Origin: an uncultured Actinomycetota bacterium
GTDB taxonomy: Bacteria > Actinomycetota > Actinomycetes > Streptosporangiales > Streptosporangiaceae
Direction: 5' to 3'
Length of the DNA: 64,000 bases
Assembly (NCBI GenBank): GCA_963778435.1
Contig: CAVZUX010000018.1
Location: 57,250-121,249, forward strand
The notes beneath the pieces are model-generated. The model saw only the letters and a program-made list of their open reading frames with translations. It was not told the origin of the DNA and did not search any database. The translations under genes were made by a program, and so were the position numbers. Shown here piece after piece: positions 62,284 through 64,000 of this stretch (positions are counted from its first letter, which is position 1; each line of letters opens with the position of its first letter).

Positions 62284-62567
62284 GCGACGCGTACATGGTC
62301 CGGCTCGCGTCTGGGGTGTTGCGCACGCTCGAGGCTGGACCTCCCAAAGGAATCCCGCTTAACGCGAGCTGGGCAATCTTCGAGTTCATCCACGGGCCTC
62401 TCGCTCAGGATCCGTGGCGCGTCTCCAAACCTCTCCACGACGAACTGGACGGCTTCCGCGGTGCACGACGCGGCGAGTACCGGTTGGTCTTCCGGATCGA
62501 CGAGGAACGACGCGTGGTACGCGTGGTACGCGTGGATCACCGATCGGATCTCTACCGGCCGACGTGA
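62280..62567 (+). CDS. RelE/ParE family toxin
   Basis: KPLHDELDGFRGARRGEYRLVFRID..VDHRSDLYR. ATGA overlap with the antitoxin gene. Confidence 0.9.
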   Translation: MSDAYMVRLASGVLRTLEAGPPKGIPLNASWAIFEFIHGPLAQDPWRVSKPLHDELDGFRGARRGEYRLVFRIDEERRVVRVVRVDHRSDLYRPT

Positions 62568-62652
62568 GCGGGTTGGGCATCTGCTCCGTTATCAAGGAGC
62601 AAAATGGGGCTGTGACCTGCGGGTGAGCGGGTGCCGGGGGTGGAGGCAGGAG

Positions 62653-62817
62653 CTAGGCGCTCGCGGTTGGGGTCATGGTAGCGGCTGGGGGCTGCGCGGC
62701 GGGTTCTGTTGTCTGGGCTGGGATGAGGGCGGTGGTTGTCGCGCCGAAGGCGTGGGTTGTTTGGGCGCCTGTGCCGGAGAATTCGGCGAAACGGGCTAGG
62801 GCGGTGAACTGGGCGCG
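62653..62817 (-). pseudogene. Probable C-terminal remnant of CRISPR endoribonuclease Cas6, fused to TetR
   Basis: QFTALARFAEFSGTGAQTTHAFGAT resembles the Cas6 G-rich loop (GhGxxxxxGhG). Codon usage shifts at the junction. Confidence 0.55.
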
Positions 62818-63372
62818 GGCGCTCTCGCCAGCGGTGAGCGCGGCGGCCGGGTCATCCGCGCGGGCGATCATCATGGCTACCTCGTTGGCGGCGGCCAGCA
62901 CGATGTGGGCGAACGTGTCCACGTGATGGTGCTCGATGCGGCCCGTCTCGGCGGCGTACCCGAGGGCGTCCCTGATCGCCCCCAGGGGTCCCCTGCTCGT
63001 CGAGCTCGCGCCACCGCTGCCAGCCCAGCACCGCGGGCGCGTCGATCAGCATGATCTGCCGGACGACCGGGTTGCCGGCCAGCCGGATCCACGCCAGGGC
63101 GCCTGCCCGCAGCATGGCGACCGGGTCCGGGGCGTCCCGGGCGATGTCCTCGCCCTGCCGGGCGACCCGGCCGCCGACTTCCTCCAGGACCGCCCAGAAC
63201 AGCGCCTCCTTGCCCGGGAAGTGGTGGTAGAGCGAGCCGCGGCTGACTCCGGCGCTGGGCCTAGCACCGTCTCGATCGACGTGCCGTCGTAGCCGTGCGC
63301 GGCGAACAGCCGCGTCGCGACCTCGACCACGTGCGCCCGGGTGGCCCGGCCCCGCTCGACGTTCTTGTTCAT
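62818..63372 (-). pseudogene. TetR family regulator, frameshifted, with its C-terminus replaced
   Basis: LFAAHGYDGTSIE..GVSRGSLYHHFPGKEALF, LIDAPAVLGWQRWRE. Confidence 0.75.
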
Positions 63373-63418
63373 CCGCTCCCCGGCGTCAGGCTCCCCGGCG
63401 ATCATCCTCCAATGCATT

Positions 63419-63465
63419 GACAGACCGACCGTCGGTTTGTAAGAGTTAGACCGTCGGTCGGTCTT
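63419..63465. promoter_or_regulatory. Two TetR operators AGACCG-N5-CGGT(C/T)T between divergent genes
   Basis: ACAGACCGACCGTCGGTTTGT and AGACCGTCGGTCGGTCT. Confidence 0.65.
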
Positions 63466-63508
63466 TCGCGGCTACTGTACCCCGGCGGCCGTCCAACGAG
63501 GGAGAACC

Positions 63509-64000
63509 ATGACCAGCGAGATGGAACGCCTAGACAAGTACCGCAGCCAGGTGCGTACCCGGTCCGGCCCGCCAGCTACATCGATACCGGCGGCCCCGGC
63601 CGCCCGGCGCTGCTTGTCCACGGCCTGGCGACCAGTAGCTACCTGTGGCGGAACGTGATCGGCCAGCTCCACGGTGAGCGCCGGTGCGTCGCGTCGACCT
63701 GCCGCTGCACGGGCGAAACCCCGGCTGCCCCCGACCAGGACTTCACACTGCCCGGTCTGGCCCGCTTCGTCGCCGATTGCTGCGACGCGCTCGAGCTGAC
63801 CGACTTCGACATGGTTGCGAACTTACACCGGGGGGGGGGTCACCCAGGTATTCGCCGCGAATCACCCCAAGCGCCTGCAACAACCTGACCCTGACCAACT
63901 GCGAGGCGCACAACAACGTGCCGCCCAAGGCGCTGCTGCCCGCGGTCTGGCTGGCCCATATGGGTCTGGCACGCCCGCCTGGCTGATCCGCCTTATGGCG
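63509..64000 (+). CDS. Alpha/beta fold hydrolase, multiply frameshifted, runs off the window
   Basis: LLVHGLATSSYLWRNVI, DLPLHG, LTLTNCEAHNNVPP in alternating frames. Confidence 0.7.

Noticed and set aside
3867..64000. About 20 frameshifted genes read as programmed frameshifting or mass pseudogenisation
   Set aside because: They also hit housekeeping genes (proB, rne, probably rplU), are single-base and often lie in GC runs, which is typical of unpolished long-read indels.

Overview
High-GC actinobacterial chromosome segment, possibly Streptosporangiales-like (inferred from gene style only). The right part is the conserved minus-strand locus TIGR03960 radical SAM - TIGR03936 - rne - rplU - rpmA - obgE - proB - M48 - nadD - rsfS - histidine phosphatase. 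It carries a few inserted genes and has no proA. The left 42 kb and the last 4 kb are an accessory patchwork of ABC/MFS transporters, ECF sigma pairs, a MalT-like LuxR module, oxidoreductases, hydrolases, methyltransferases, an RPH-like PEP-utiliser and many gene fragments. About 20 single-base frameshifts, including ones in proB and rne, most likely reflect long-read assembly indels. No tRNA, rRNA, transposase, integrase or CRISPR array was found. The most notable signals are: (1) a dispersed palindromic DNA element (core CCACGGTCCGTTC) present as hairpins and half-sites, with one copy written in-frame inside the conserved radical SAM gene and an inverted partner in that gene's promoter; (2) a 49-bp direct repeat bracketing a 7.8-kb LuxR module that has its own recurring operator-like motif; (3) remnants of defence genes: a Cas6-like C-terminus fused to a TetR gene, a collapsed VapB/VapC fusion, and AbiEii and YoeB fragments; (4) an AzlC gene carrying three independent in-frame tandem repeats. 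No complete novel multi-gene system can be firmly demonstrated from the sequence alone.
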